Shown here in pieces: positions 32,275-41,224 of a stretch of 64,000 bases of DNA (positions are counted from its first letter, which is position 1; the number at the start of each line of letters is the position of its first letter). The DNA lies in NCBI GenBank assembly GCA_946965045.2, contig OX337229.1, positions 2,728,001-2,792,000 on the forward strand, given 5' to 3'. Below the pieces are notes generated by a model. The model searched no databases. It was not told the DNA's origin and was given only the letters and a program-made list of their open reading frames with translations. This stretch comes from Epithemia pelagica (lineage: Eukaryota; Protista; Bacillariophyta). A program made the position numbers and the translations under genes.

Positions 32275-35200
32275 TCAGGTTTCTACTGCACCAGATCCTT
32301 GCGTTTCTCTCCAGAGACGTGAGATGAAGCCATGATCTTGGTCGAAGGCGGATCGGTGACACTTGATTGCTTTTGACATCTTTTCAATTTCGGCATACGA
32401 GAGGCCCGCAGCTGCATAGTCTCTGTTGTTGGAATTTTGATCGTATAACAAGTACGCGAGCATATAGCGACGTGCCTTTGCTGACATTTTCCGCATGATT
32501 TCGGGTGTTGTTTTCTTCAGGCTCGCTGTCAAACATCGTAAAAAGGCAGCTTTGTCTTTCTTCTCATTCAGTGAGAAAGCACGAAAGACTTTTTTTGAGT
32601 AACCCCAGCCATACTCGATCCCCTCACCGGCCATTTCACAGTGATACTTGGTCGATACGAGAATCTCGATCCTGCAACGATGTCGTTCAGACAAGTCTTC
32701 CGCCAGCTTCTCCATTGCAGATTTTTCGTTCTTGAAATCGGAGCATTCGCTCATCAGATGAACCATAGAGTACTTTTTGTAGTCCGCCTGATAGGCTTCT
32801 TTCATAGTCTTCTTATCCGCTTCCAACCATGCATCTCTGGTTGTCTTGACGTACTTGATCATGTTGTTAGGGTCTATCCACCCCCGCTCCCATAACACTT
32901 GAAAGAGCCCTTTTGCAGCATTCATCCAGCCTTCCTCGATCACATCATCTTCAATCACCGTTGCAATGTTGGAGCGTTTACAAAGGTCCTGTTGTTCACC
33001 AGCATTTTTCGATTGAAATGAACGTTGCATTCCAGGTCCCATGACCCGGACAAGTTTTGCCATGAGCTCCTTCTTTGTGAGGTTGCGCTTTTTCTTTCTA
33101 CCAGTTCGGTGTGTATTCTTCGATGCGACACGCTGCGCGTCATTGAGACGATGGCCTTTTTTAGCAACTGGACCACGATCGTTCTCCTGATAGACGAGGT
33201 GTTGTACGTCACCAACTCGTAGTTTGTCGTCATGGTTGTACGGGCCAAGGCAAGCTTGATCAATAATTTGTGTGTCCCGCATGCTGGGAACAGCTCCTCC
33301 CCAGTCGTTATTCATGTTCAGAGCATTTAACCCATCGGATTGTTGTTTTCCATGACCACTGCTTTGGTCGAACAAAAAGACAAAGTCATGGGCGGGGAAC
33401 ATGACCACGAGGCAATCGACAATATCCTCCAACTGCAAGGCCATGTATTCATAATTCCAATATCCCTCTTTATCTGCTCCGTATTCAAAAAAGCGAGTGA
33501 ACGGTTGGGCATTGGTAATTGGAGTCTTGGCAGTGTGACCATTGAGGTTCACTGCAGCCTCGGTAGAGACGTATTTGTTGTGTGTCGCATGTAGACGGAG
33601 TTCATTAATCCGAAATAGACTCGCAGCAAGCAACGGGTTTCCGTTCATAAGGAAGCCCCATGATCGGCTTACAAAAGCGCTGATCATCATCCCATGTCCA
33701 TCATCCTTTGGCAGCATTTTAGTTGCGCCATCTTTAGTGTACCATGCCTTAGACGAGAAGGAAAACTGCTTGTAGATCGATTCGTCCTGGCCGATGAGGA
33801 TGACAGGTTTGCGGTCGGAGGGAAACCTGTGTGACAAGTTTCCATTGTGAATTGTGTTTTCTGGTTTGATGTACCGTTCAAATTCGCTTGGGAAGGCATC
33901 AACATGGTACTCCCGCATCTGCTTGCCTGTTGTTACATCAGTGTACTCAAATACAAAGCTGTTTGGCAAGAGCTTCTCCTTGCCCGCATTCCCTTCGTTT
34001 TCAAGTTTGATTGCATCCTCGGTAGGGAGCTGCACCCACCGATACGACAGCTCTTCCCACTTAAAGTACTTCTTGACAAAAGCAGCTCTGTGGGCAACAT
34101 TCTCAGCATTTTCGTGTCGATCAGTGAAGTATGTTTTCGTGTGTTCCTTGAACACGAACCCTGCAGCAGCAATACATCGCCACGCTGTGCTTTGCGAAAT
34201 GGTGGAAAGCTTCATCGATGCCAAGAAGGCCTCGTACGATACTGGCGTTGCATTCGTATCCATGCACTCTTGTACAATCATGGCATGCATATCCGGAAGC
34301 AATGTTGTCCTCAGGTACATTAGAGCAGACTCTGTTGTAAGAGTGCTCAGGTTTTCCTTTGCCCAGCATTCAAACTTTACCTTTGCTTCAGGTATGTGAA
34401 CGAATAAGACGGGCGATGGCTCTTTCCCAATATGAACGTGGTAGTTGGGATGAGGGAAACTGTCGTCTTCCCGAAAGTACCTGTGAAAACGAGCAATGGT
34501 CTTGGGATGTTTTTTTACTTTTTCACCATAAATCTGTTCCATTTTGCTAATGGCTTCGCTTATGCAGTTCAGCCATGTACGACCGTGTGGCATATCAAGC
34601 AACGCTATCTTATAAGAAAGTTGTAAATACGTTGCCTTGAGCAGTACCCTCTGTTGCTGTTCCTGGTTGAGGGGAAAGATGTCTCCCTTGTTAACCACAT
34701 TCGGAAGTGCCTCCACGTTGGAAATGGCCCTTTTAAGGGTTTCTATCCATCGCTCAAGATTTTGTTTTGACGATCCTGGAGAATTGCATTTGCCGGCAAA
34801 GAGCCTACGGTTCCTTGGCTCATCAAAAAAGGCGCTTTCCATTTGTTGCGATAGACCTTGGATCATCTCACTCTCGAAAACTGAAAAACCAATCGGCAAA
34901 CTCTGTGGATGGTCATGGTCGATTTCGTCTGTGGCCAATTCAGGATGTTGGATTGCTCCAACAAGCACCTGATTTGTGTTGTCGTGAGGTGGTGACGTTT
35001 GCATTTCGGTAGGGCTGTCTCCAATTTGTGGCGGTTGACCATGTTGCTGCGTTGCAGTGCTCTTGATTGCTGGTGGAGTTGAAGTGTTTCTTGCTTGCTT
35101 GGATGTATTTAGCGTGCCTTCACGCAACCCTGGTGACTCTTCGTTCCTTCGCTTCGTTGGCTTCGCTCGTCCCGACCGCCGAATCACATTCTCGGCTGCA

Positions 35201-35616
35201 GCCTCCAGCCATTCTTGATGATCGTCCAACATCACTGGCAGGGTTGTTGTGTCTTTAGAGATGTAATAGAATGTGAAGCGTTCCCTTTTGATCGTATCTC
35301 TGTAGCGGTAGAAGCCATACTTGTTTGGCTTTTCAACATCATCGAAACACATCGCAATGCTTTTTTCTCTTCGGAAAGCACGGTTCATTTCCAGCACAGA
35401 CAATCCTGGCAACCAAGTGTTCATATATCCTACAAGCTCGACATCTCGGAACCACTTGTTGCAGAATCCAAACACGGTGGGTGAGCACTGCTTCCGAAAC
35501 AGTTCAACAATCTCGTTCCCAGAAAAACTTCGTTCCATCCGAGACTGTGCTGCGTGAGGTGAGTCCGATGATCGTGTCATTGTGGATGATGTCGATGCGT
35601 TGAACTGTTGCCCCAT
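32275..35616 (-). CDS. Transposase, IS630/Tc1/mariner-like DDE with a long insertion between the second D and the E (1113 aa)
   Basis: LIGQDESIY (D1, 33786), FLFDQSSGH (D2, 33369), STKYHCEMAGEGIEYGWG (E, 32616; cf. SPDLNPIE). HTH-like ISQSTAWRCIAAAGF. Confidence 0.85.
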   Translation of the reverse strand: MGQQFNASTSSTMTRSSDSPHAAQSRMERSFSGNEIVELFRKQCSPTVFGFCNKWFRDVELVGYMNTWLPGLSVLEMNRAFRREKSIAMCFDDVEKPNKYGFYRYRDTIKRERFTFYYISKDTTTLPVMLDDHQEWLEAAAENVIRRSGRAKPTKRRNEESPGLREGTLNTSKQARNTSTPPAIKSTATQQHGQPPQIGDSPTEMQTSPPHDNTNQVLVGAIQHPELATDEIDHDHPQSLPIGFSVFESEMIQGLSQQMESAFFDEPRNRRLFAGKCNSPGSSKQNLERWIETLKRAISNVEALPNVVNKGDIFPLNQEQQQRVLLKATYLQLSYKIALLDMPHGRTWLNCISEAISKMEQIYGEKVKKHPKTIARFHRYFREDDSFPHPNYHVHIGKEPSPVLFVHIPEAKVKFECWAKENLSTLTTESALMYLRTTLLPDMHAMIVQECMDTNATPVSYEAFLASMKLSTISQSTAWRCIAAAGFVFKEHTKTYFTDRHENAENVAHRAAFVKKYFKWEELSYRWVQLPTEDAIKLENEGNAGKEKLLPNSFVFEYTDVTTGKQMREYHVDAFPSEFERYIKPENTIHNGNLSHRFPSDRKPVILIGQDESIYKQFSFSSKAWYTKDGATKMLPKDDGHGMMISAFVSRSWGFLMNGNPLLAASLFRINELRLHATHNKYVSTEAAVNLNGHTAKTPITNAQPFTRFFEYGADKEGYWNYEYMALQLEDIVDCLVVMFPAHDFVFLFDQSSGHGKQQSDGLNALNMNNDWGGAVPSMRDTQIIDQACLGPYNHDDKLRVGDVQHLVYQENDRGPVAKKGHRLNDAQRVASKNTHRTGRKKKRNLTKKELMAKLVRVMGPGMQRSFQSKNAGEQQDLCKRSNIATVIEDDVIEEGWMNAAKGLFQVLWERGWIDPNNMIKYVKTTRDAWLEADKKTMKEAYQADYKKYSMVHLMSECSDFKNEKSAMEKLAEDLSERHRCRIEILVSTKYHCEMAGEGIEYGWGYSKKVFRAFSLNEKKDKAAFLRCLTASLKKTTPEIMRKMSAKARRYMLAYLLYDQNSNNRDYAAAGLSYAEIEKMSKAIKCHRSAFDQDHGFISRLWRETQGSGAVET

Positions 35617-35889
35617 TGGGGGTGGTTCAAGTAAACCCTAAAGCATCCGGATGCAGCTCGGCAACAGTTCAACGGGTCTGGGAGGCCCTCCACCATGGTC
35701 GTTAGACAACAACCGTTTTTTCATCATTTTGGACGGAATTCCAGCGTTCGGAAGCTGTCACGCAACACACTAAAACACATAAAAATATTTCCTAAGACTC
35801 TGGGAAGTCGCGAGTCGGACACTTTCATTCACTAGTAAGGCCGAACGCTATTAAGGATTATACTCTATGGTACTAAATCTACGAGGGGT

Positions 35890-35923
35890 CTACGTCAGGA
35901 ACATACTCCCTGAACTCAGCTTG
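35890..35923 (-). repeat. Right TIR
   Basis: Reverse complement CAAGCTGAGTTCAGGGAGTATGTTCCTGACGTAG. Confidence 0.9.
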
Positions 35924-36070
35924 TAGTGTTCGTCCCAACCCCCAATCTGCAACCTTCACCCCCCGATTAGTGGCCCCCAAGTTTTGGTTTGAGGTTATCG
36001 GTTATCGGTCGTTTCTCCCCCAAATCTAACAATTCAGAGAGATGCTGCCAAACACCAGAACAAAACCGGA

Positions 36071-37402
36071 ATGATCCAGGATGAAGAAGCAAAGAATAAT
36101 TCTTTCCAAATGACTCCTCTGGAAGTGGAGGAAGAAGAGGTCGGAGGAGACGTTGAATCAGCTACTCGACGAAGCAGCAAAAACCAGAACAGAGCAGAAC
36201 CTGGCAACCATCGGCACGAGCCTGTTGTTTCTCCCATCGCAACGGTAGCCCGTTATATCCTTCTGACTCTTGCTGCGGTGATTCTGACAGTCTCATGTGC
36301 GGATACAAGAATCCATGTACGCTCTAGTAGCTACAGGCTCACTCCAGAAGCCTCTGTCGAGATCGCTTTAGTGTATGGAATGGTTATGATGACCTTTTTT
36401 GTTGTCTTCAGGAGCGACCCAGGATTCATCACGATTGATATGATGCAAGAATTCAATGATGGAGCTGAAATTGATGGACGCAAAATAGAAGGTGGTGATG
36501 CCGAAAGGTGTGACCAAAACATCACACACGACACTTCCACGGGAGTTCCTCGACTTCGCCTCAAACGTCAATCATTTGACAGATCGTCTGAGGACGATAC
36601 TGTGGACCAAGAGGACGATTCTAACAGTGAGTTAGATCCATTGACATCACCAGAGTCGCACGCAAGTGTATCGGAAGCGTCAGAAAATGAAGGTTTATGT
36701 GATATTCAACAGAATGGCATGGTGCGGACACGTCGCCCGTTTTGTGACAAATGTGGCTTTGCACCTCCATTACGAAGTCACCATTGCAAAGTTTGCGATA
36801 AGCATGTGGCTATGTTTGATCACCACTGCCATTTTATCGGAACATGCATCGGTGAACGAAATCATTGCCGATTTTGGTGGTTTCTAACCGCGCAGTCGGT
36901 TGGTTTCTGGTACCTGATGCACACGATTGGATCCAGTCCATATGGCTTTGTGAACCTTTTCTTCACAGGGGCTCACCATGACAACAACCTACAGTCAAAT
37001 GACGAAAGCCACGATATTCTGATCAAAGCTCTCTTCGTAGTGTCGGCAAAGCTTTTTGTTTATCCCCTTGCTTGGATGAGTTGGTTCATGTGGTGTGTAC
37101 ACACGTTTTTGGCTAGCACGAATTCAACGACATTTGAATGGAGCAAGGGAGCTCAGCACTTGGAGTACTTGAAAGGAAGTCGCATGAGTGATCTGCCGTA
37201 CAGTTTCCGCAGCATGGATCAGAACTTGGTCTACTTTTGCTGCCAGCGTGATTCCTTTTGTGACGACACATTGTGTGGTCCGTCCTTGCACAGGAAAACT
37301 GGTTGGAAGCCGGCGGTTTGGAGACCACCGGGCAAGGTGGTACGCGATTCGGAGGACTGGTGGGAGCACCCCTGGCAAAACAAATACTGGAGCTGCTGTT
37401 GA
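36071..37402 (+). CDS. DHHC palmitoyltransferase
   Basis: FCDKCGFAPPLRSHHCKVCDKHVAMFDHHCHFIGTCIGERNH, SDPG, TTFE and transmembrane segments. Confidence 0.95.
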   Translation: MIQDEEAKNNSFQMTPLEVEEEEVGGDVESATRRSSKNQNRAEPGNHRHEPVVSPIATVARYILLTLAAVILTVSCADTRIHVRSSSYRLTPEASVEIALVYGMVMMTFFVVFRSDPGFITIDMMQEFNDGAEIDGRKIEGGDAERCDQNITHDTSTGVPRLRLKRQSFDRSSEDDTVDQEDDSNSELDPLTSPESHASVSEASENEGLCDIQQNGMVRTRRPFCDKCGFAPPLRSHHCKVCDKHVAMFDHHCHFIGTCIGERNHCRFWWFLTAQSVGFWYLMHTIGSSPYGFVNLFFTGAHHDNNLQSNDESHDILIKALFVVSAKLFVYPLAWMSWFMWCVHTFLASTNSTTFEWSKGAQHLEYLKGSRMSDLPYSFRSMDQNLVYFCCQRDSFCDDTLCGPSLHRKTGWKPAVWRPPGKVVRDSEDWWEHPWQNKYWSCC

Positions 37403-37756
37403 AACAAGACGATAAACGGGAAGAGTGTGTAGGCAAATTAAAAGGTGAGTGTGTGTTCAGTTGGATGTTCGAGCAAACCGTATCTCCCCGGCACACCAAA
37501 CTGTTACGACGTGCGCTGGGGTCATTAAGGGTTGCAAGAAAAAGAGATGGTCAATATAGTTGGACAAGCGGCTTCTTGTATCTGGTGTCGTTCTTTTGTC
37601 CTGGATGGCCTCTGACATTAGAATCTATATCATTCCTACAGATAAGACGAGAGAATGAATTTTCGATTTTAATCTCAGAGAAAAGAGAAGCAGCGTTTGC
37701 GCAATCATACATACCCTCATAAAGGTTCGAATAAATACGTGCATTTTAACTTGGCT

Positions 37757-39265
37757 TCAGAGGATTGACATGTTGTCATGAATGTCAAAGAGTGACCCAA
37801 GAAGGAATTCTGAGGAATGACTAGAAGTCATACTCATCATCTGGGAGTCAGAAAGCAGTTGATCAGGAATGACCTGCTGGATTTTTTGCCCCTCCTTGGT
37901 ATCCAGGATAACGTCTTGCAGTACATCCCCTTGCGTATGGAAATCAAATTTGAGGTCTGCCAATTTATCGTTTTGATGGTGTTGGCTCACTGGATCTTCT
38001 GTCTCTTCCGGCTCATCCTTATCGACATGGGAATCAAGCTTGAAGCCTGTCAACTTGCCATTTTGATTATGCGGACTCACAATAACAGGGTATCTGGTCA
38101 GCTGATTCTCACCTCTATGATTTAGTTTTGGATGGCTTAATGTTTCCTTCTGGGATATTTTGGCCTGCTTTGTTTTCTTGTCAGCGGGCTTCCTCCAGTC
38201 CTTGAGCGACGTCATGACCCGCTTAAATGCCTTGTGTGCTTCCATGGGCTTATTGTCCTTTCCAAGAAAACATCCTCCCCTGTCGACCACCTTAATACAA
38301 ATACAATATGCAAGTCTACGCTTTTCCTCAAGATCTGTGTCAGGGTCTCCGGTATTCATTGCTCTGAAGAATGGTGCGTTTGAGCGGATCAACTCGAGAT
38401 ACCCCGCATTCTGTATTTTGGCTTTCTCGCCTTTTCCGGACACCACGTCATGTTTCTGCCTTTTTCGTCTTTTGGCCCTTGTGTGTTGACCATAAAACTC
38501 CTTTTTCAGTTCCGAAAGGCTTCTCTTACAACCCACCAACACAGGCGCGACTCGATTTATAGTGGACTGAGCCTTTTGCTTCCGACGATCTGAAGGCCTG
38601 TTGGATATCGTGGTGTCTACTCGAACAGTGGACCCGGACTGACATACTGACTTGTCTGTCGGGAAGGAATCTAGCGGATGGAAAAGATCATGGTTGTCCC
38701 CTTGGTCGGTACTCCTTGATTTCGGTTTGAACACGTGATTGAATGTTGACTCCGAGGTACCTGAGCGAGTTGTGATGGTAGCTTTGCGCAAACCGTCGTC
38801 TTGTTGCCATTGATCCTGAACGTCGCCTCTCATGCGTTCATCCTTTTCAAAGAAGTACGCTTTCAGTTCTTGGAGCGTTTTCTGGACGAGGCGAGTTGAA
38901 GACGAAGGAACCGATCGTTCAAGGTTTTTTTCGATCCAAACCAATATTGCAAAAATGATGCATACTCTCGGTGGTTCCTGTGTGTATCTTGACGAAATAT
39001 CGATGAAGGAAAAACCAAGCTCTGTGTGGACTTTATCCACTTCTCGTTCGAGTTCTTTGCTTTTGGCTGTCAACGTAAGATTCGACGTGACAATACCCAA
39101 GACTTTTGTCGATAGAAAAACCTGGAAAAGCCCATCGCAGCTTCTCAGTTGCGGTTGCAACTGTAACTCTCCTTCCTGAACCGCTATCCTTCTGTGTTGG
39201 TCCTTTGTCTCTGTTTGAAGCAGGACGCAATGGGTCAGCCAACGGGTCACTCGTAATGGCCTCAA
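37757..39265 (-). CDS. Hypothetical protein with a DUF6824-like domain (5' end uncertain; possible short first exon from ATG 39315)
   Basis: DVVSGKG…NAGYLELI…EKRRLAY…VVDRGGCFL…KAFKRVMTSLKD matches the recalled diatom DVLxGRG…GGRFL pattern. Confidence 0.65.
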   Translation of the reverse strand: MRPLRVTRWLTHCVLLQTETKDQHRRIAVQEGELQLQPQLRSCDGLFQVFLSTKVLGIVTSNLTLTAKSKELEREVDKVHTELGFSFIDISSRYTQEPPRVCIIFAILVWIEKNLERSVPSSSTRLVQKTLQELKAYFFEKDERMRGDVQDQWQQDDGLRKATITTRSGTSESTFNHVFKPKSRSTDQGDNHDLFHPLDSFPTDKSVCQSGSTVRVDTTISNRPSDRRKQKAQSTINRVAPVLVGCKRSLSELKKEFYGQHTRAKRRKRQKHDVVSGKGEKAKIQNAGYLELIRSNAPFFRAMNTGDPDTDLEEKRRLAYCICIKVVDRGGCFLGKDNKPMEAHKAFKRVMTSLKDWRKPADKKTKQAKISQKETLSHPKLNHRGENQLTRYPVIVSPHNQNGKLTGFKLDSHVDKDEPEETEDPVSQHHQNDKLADLKFDFHTQGDVLQDVILDTKEGQKIQQVIPDQLLSDSQMMSMTSSHSSEFLLGSLFDIHDNMSIL

Positions 39266-39655
39266 GATTGTGAACGTACCACCAACACATAAGGAAGGTC
39301 GATGATCTTGCTCATAGTTTAGTTCTTTCTTCTTTACTTTGGTGTCGATTGAAACGTGGAGATCAATGTTTCAAAATGAATTTTTCTAGAGAGTGTATGT
39401 GTTATTTCATAGTTCTGAAGTTCGAAAGGTAACAAGGGTTGTTCCACGACTCGGAAGTCAAGTACTGTGTATGCTATAGTAAATCTATTTCCTACTGTTT
39501 GTCACCATACAGGAGACTGGTTGCGAGTTGGGGTGTTCACGTCTCGAGAGCTAAACTACTCCTCTAGCTAGCCTTCGGTTCACCGAGACAGCAAGGTAGC
39601 ATCTCGCCCTGGCGACGGCCACCAAGCCCCCTTCCAGAGCACGACGACATTGACC

Positions 39656-40852
39656 ATGGACTTGCTGAATGACTATGGCTCCTCCGATTCCGAGGCTGAG
39701 GAGGACACTACCTCCTCCAGCGGTCCGAAAGAAGCTGGTGAATCGGCAGATAAGAAACTAAAAACGAATGACAACAAGCCAGATCACAGCACTGTTTCTA
39801 CGACGAACCAGACAACAACCAGCGAAACAAATGCTGTGCCTCGAACCAAACCTCCTAGTTCGTCCAAAGCGGCCGCGCTAAGTCGGAAAATGCTCTCTCT
39901 CCAAGCGGTCTTACCACCTCATATTTTTGCACAATTGACCAAATCTCAAAGGGAGGGTGAAACTGCAACTAATGATGATGATGATGATGATGATGATGAC
40001 CACGACAGTCCTCCAAGCAAGTCGAAACAAACGACAAGGACGACAGTGGCGGCCCAGTCTCAAGATCCTGGTGTCTCTCGTCTGTTGCAAGCCTTGCATG
40101 GAACAGGCACCCAGGACGACACCAACGACAATGGAAAAACGCCAGACAAGAAACCAAACCAACCATCCTTGCCCATGGGAGCCGCCTTTTTGTCCACGAC
40201 AACGACAATCATTAAGCCTTCTGAGGAATCGGCGGTTCGTGATATTCATGTCTCCGAAACAACAACCCAAACCACCAAACCAGTTGATTCCGAGATGGAG
40301 GAGGAAACCAAAACCACCCTAGAATCCACGTCTCGGTCCCTCCTTGCTCCTAAATTCTCTACAACGGCTCCTCATTATGTTCAACCATCCTTGGCACCGG
40401 ACGTTCCCGTGACGGGTGAACCCATGACGTCAGCTACAACAGCAGCGGATGCGTTGTACCCAGTCGAACCAGAACCACAAAACCAACGACAATCACACGT
40501 TCCCAAACGCAATCGCAAGGAAATGGAAAAATTGTTGCGTCATGGTCACTTGGATCAAATGGATAATGATACCATGGTGCAACTCGAACAAGCTTCTCCT
40601 CATGCCTTTGTACCGCAACCGGAAGTGACCCAAGTCCCTACCCATGGTGTGCGCAATGTTCCCACACAAATGTACGATCCCTCTGCCGGAGGGACGGTCA
40701 CGGGGGTGCGTGGACGAGGCAAGAATCAAATTAGTCACTTGTTGGGACAAGCGGCCAATCTAGAACTGGCACGAGCACGAGGCATGAATGGTTCCGGTGG
40801 TGCGGGTGGCACTAGCCATCGAGCTAGTGCCAAACGAAAATATGGCTGGTAA
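39656..40852 (+). CDS. PRCC-like protein
   Basis: N-terminal MDLLNDYGSSDSE; C-terminal RGKNQISHLLGQAANLE…AKRKYGW (cf. PRCC KHQITYL…KYGF). Confidence 0.75.
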   Translation: MDLLNDYGSSDSEAEEDTTSSSGPKEAGESADKKLKTNDNKPDHSTVSTTNQTTTSETNAVPRTKPPSSSKAAALSRKMLSLQAVLPPHIFAQLTKSQREGETATNDDDDDDDDDHDSPPSKSKQTTRTTVAAQSQDPGVSRLLQALHGTGTQDDTNDNGKTPDKKPNQPSLPMGAAFLSTTTTIIKPSEESAVRDIHVSETTTQTTKPVDSEMEEETKTTLESTSRSLLAPKFSTTAPHYVQPSLAPDVPVTGEPMTSATTAADALYPVEPEPQNQRQSHVPKRNRKEMEKLLRHGHLDQMDNDTMVQLEQASPHAFVPQPEVTQVPTHGVRNVPTQMYDPSAGGTVTGVRGRGKNQISHLLGQAANLELARARGMNGSGGAGGTSHRASAKRKYGW

Positions 40853-41224
40853 TAAAAAGTCATTCGCTAATAAGAGGGAAAACACACGCTCGTTGTATGG
40901 GCTTTAGTTCCCTACTCAAAGGAATTGGGGAGCAATAAGCGGTTGATCTGAGAGGTAATGAAGAAGAGTCAGAGCGCCCTAGAAAGACTTGAAGACAACG
41001 ACAACAATGGCGAAAACCAGAAATGGTCGAGTGGATGATTATGTGTAAGTTTGGAAATGTCTCTCATTGATTCTTTAACTATATGTTGATTCTATAAATC
41101 AATGACAGGAACCCTCACACTGGCTGATCTATCCACAGCAACTTCTACTAGACCGTATTTGCCATTTGTGCGGGTAAACCCAGGAGATCAGAAAACATCC
41201 TGTCTTGATCCATTTATTACCGTT

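Larger units (their letters stand above)
26220..35923 (-). mobile_element. 9.7-kb cargo-carrying TIR DNA transposon (IS630/Tc1/mariner-like), TA target duplication
   Basis: 34-bp TIRs matching at 31/34 positions (26220-26253 vs 35890-35923), TA on both sides (26218-26219, 35924-35925), and an internal DDE transposase. Confidence 0.88.

Noticed and set aside
39971-40000. (GAT)n microsatellite and other trinucleotide runs (e.g. 28550-28760)
   Set aside because: Ordinary poly-Asp coding or low-complexity tracts.
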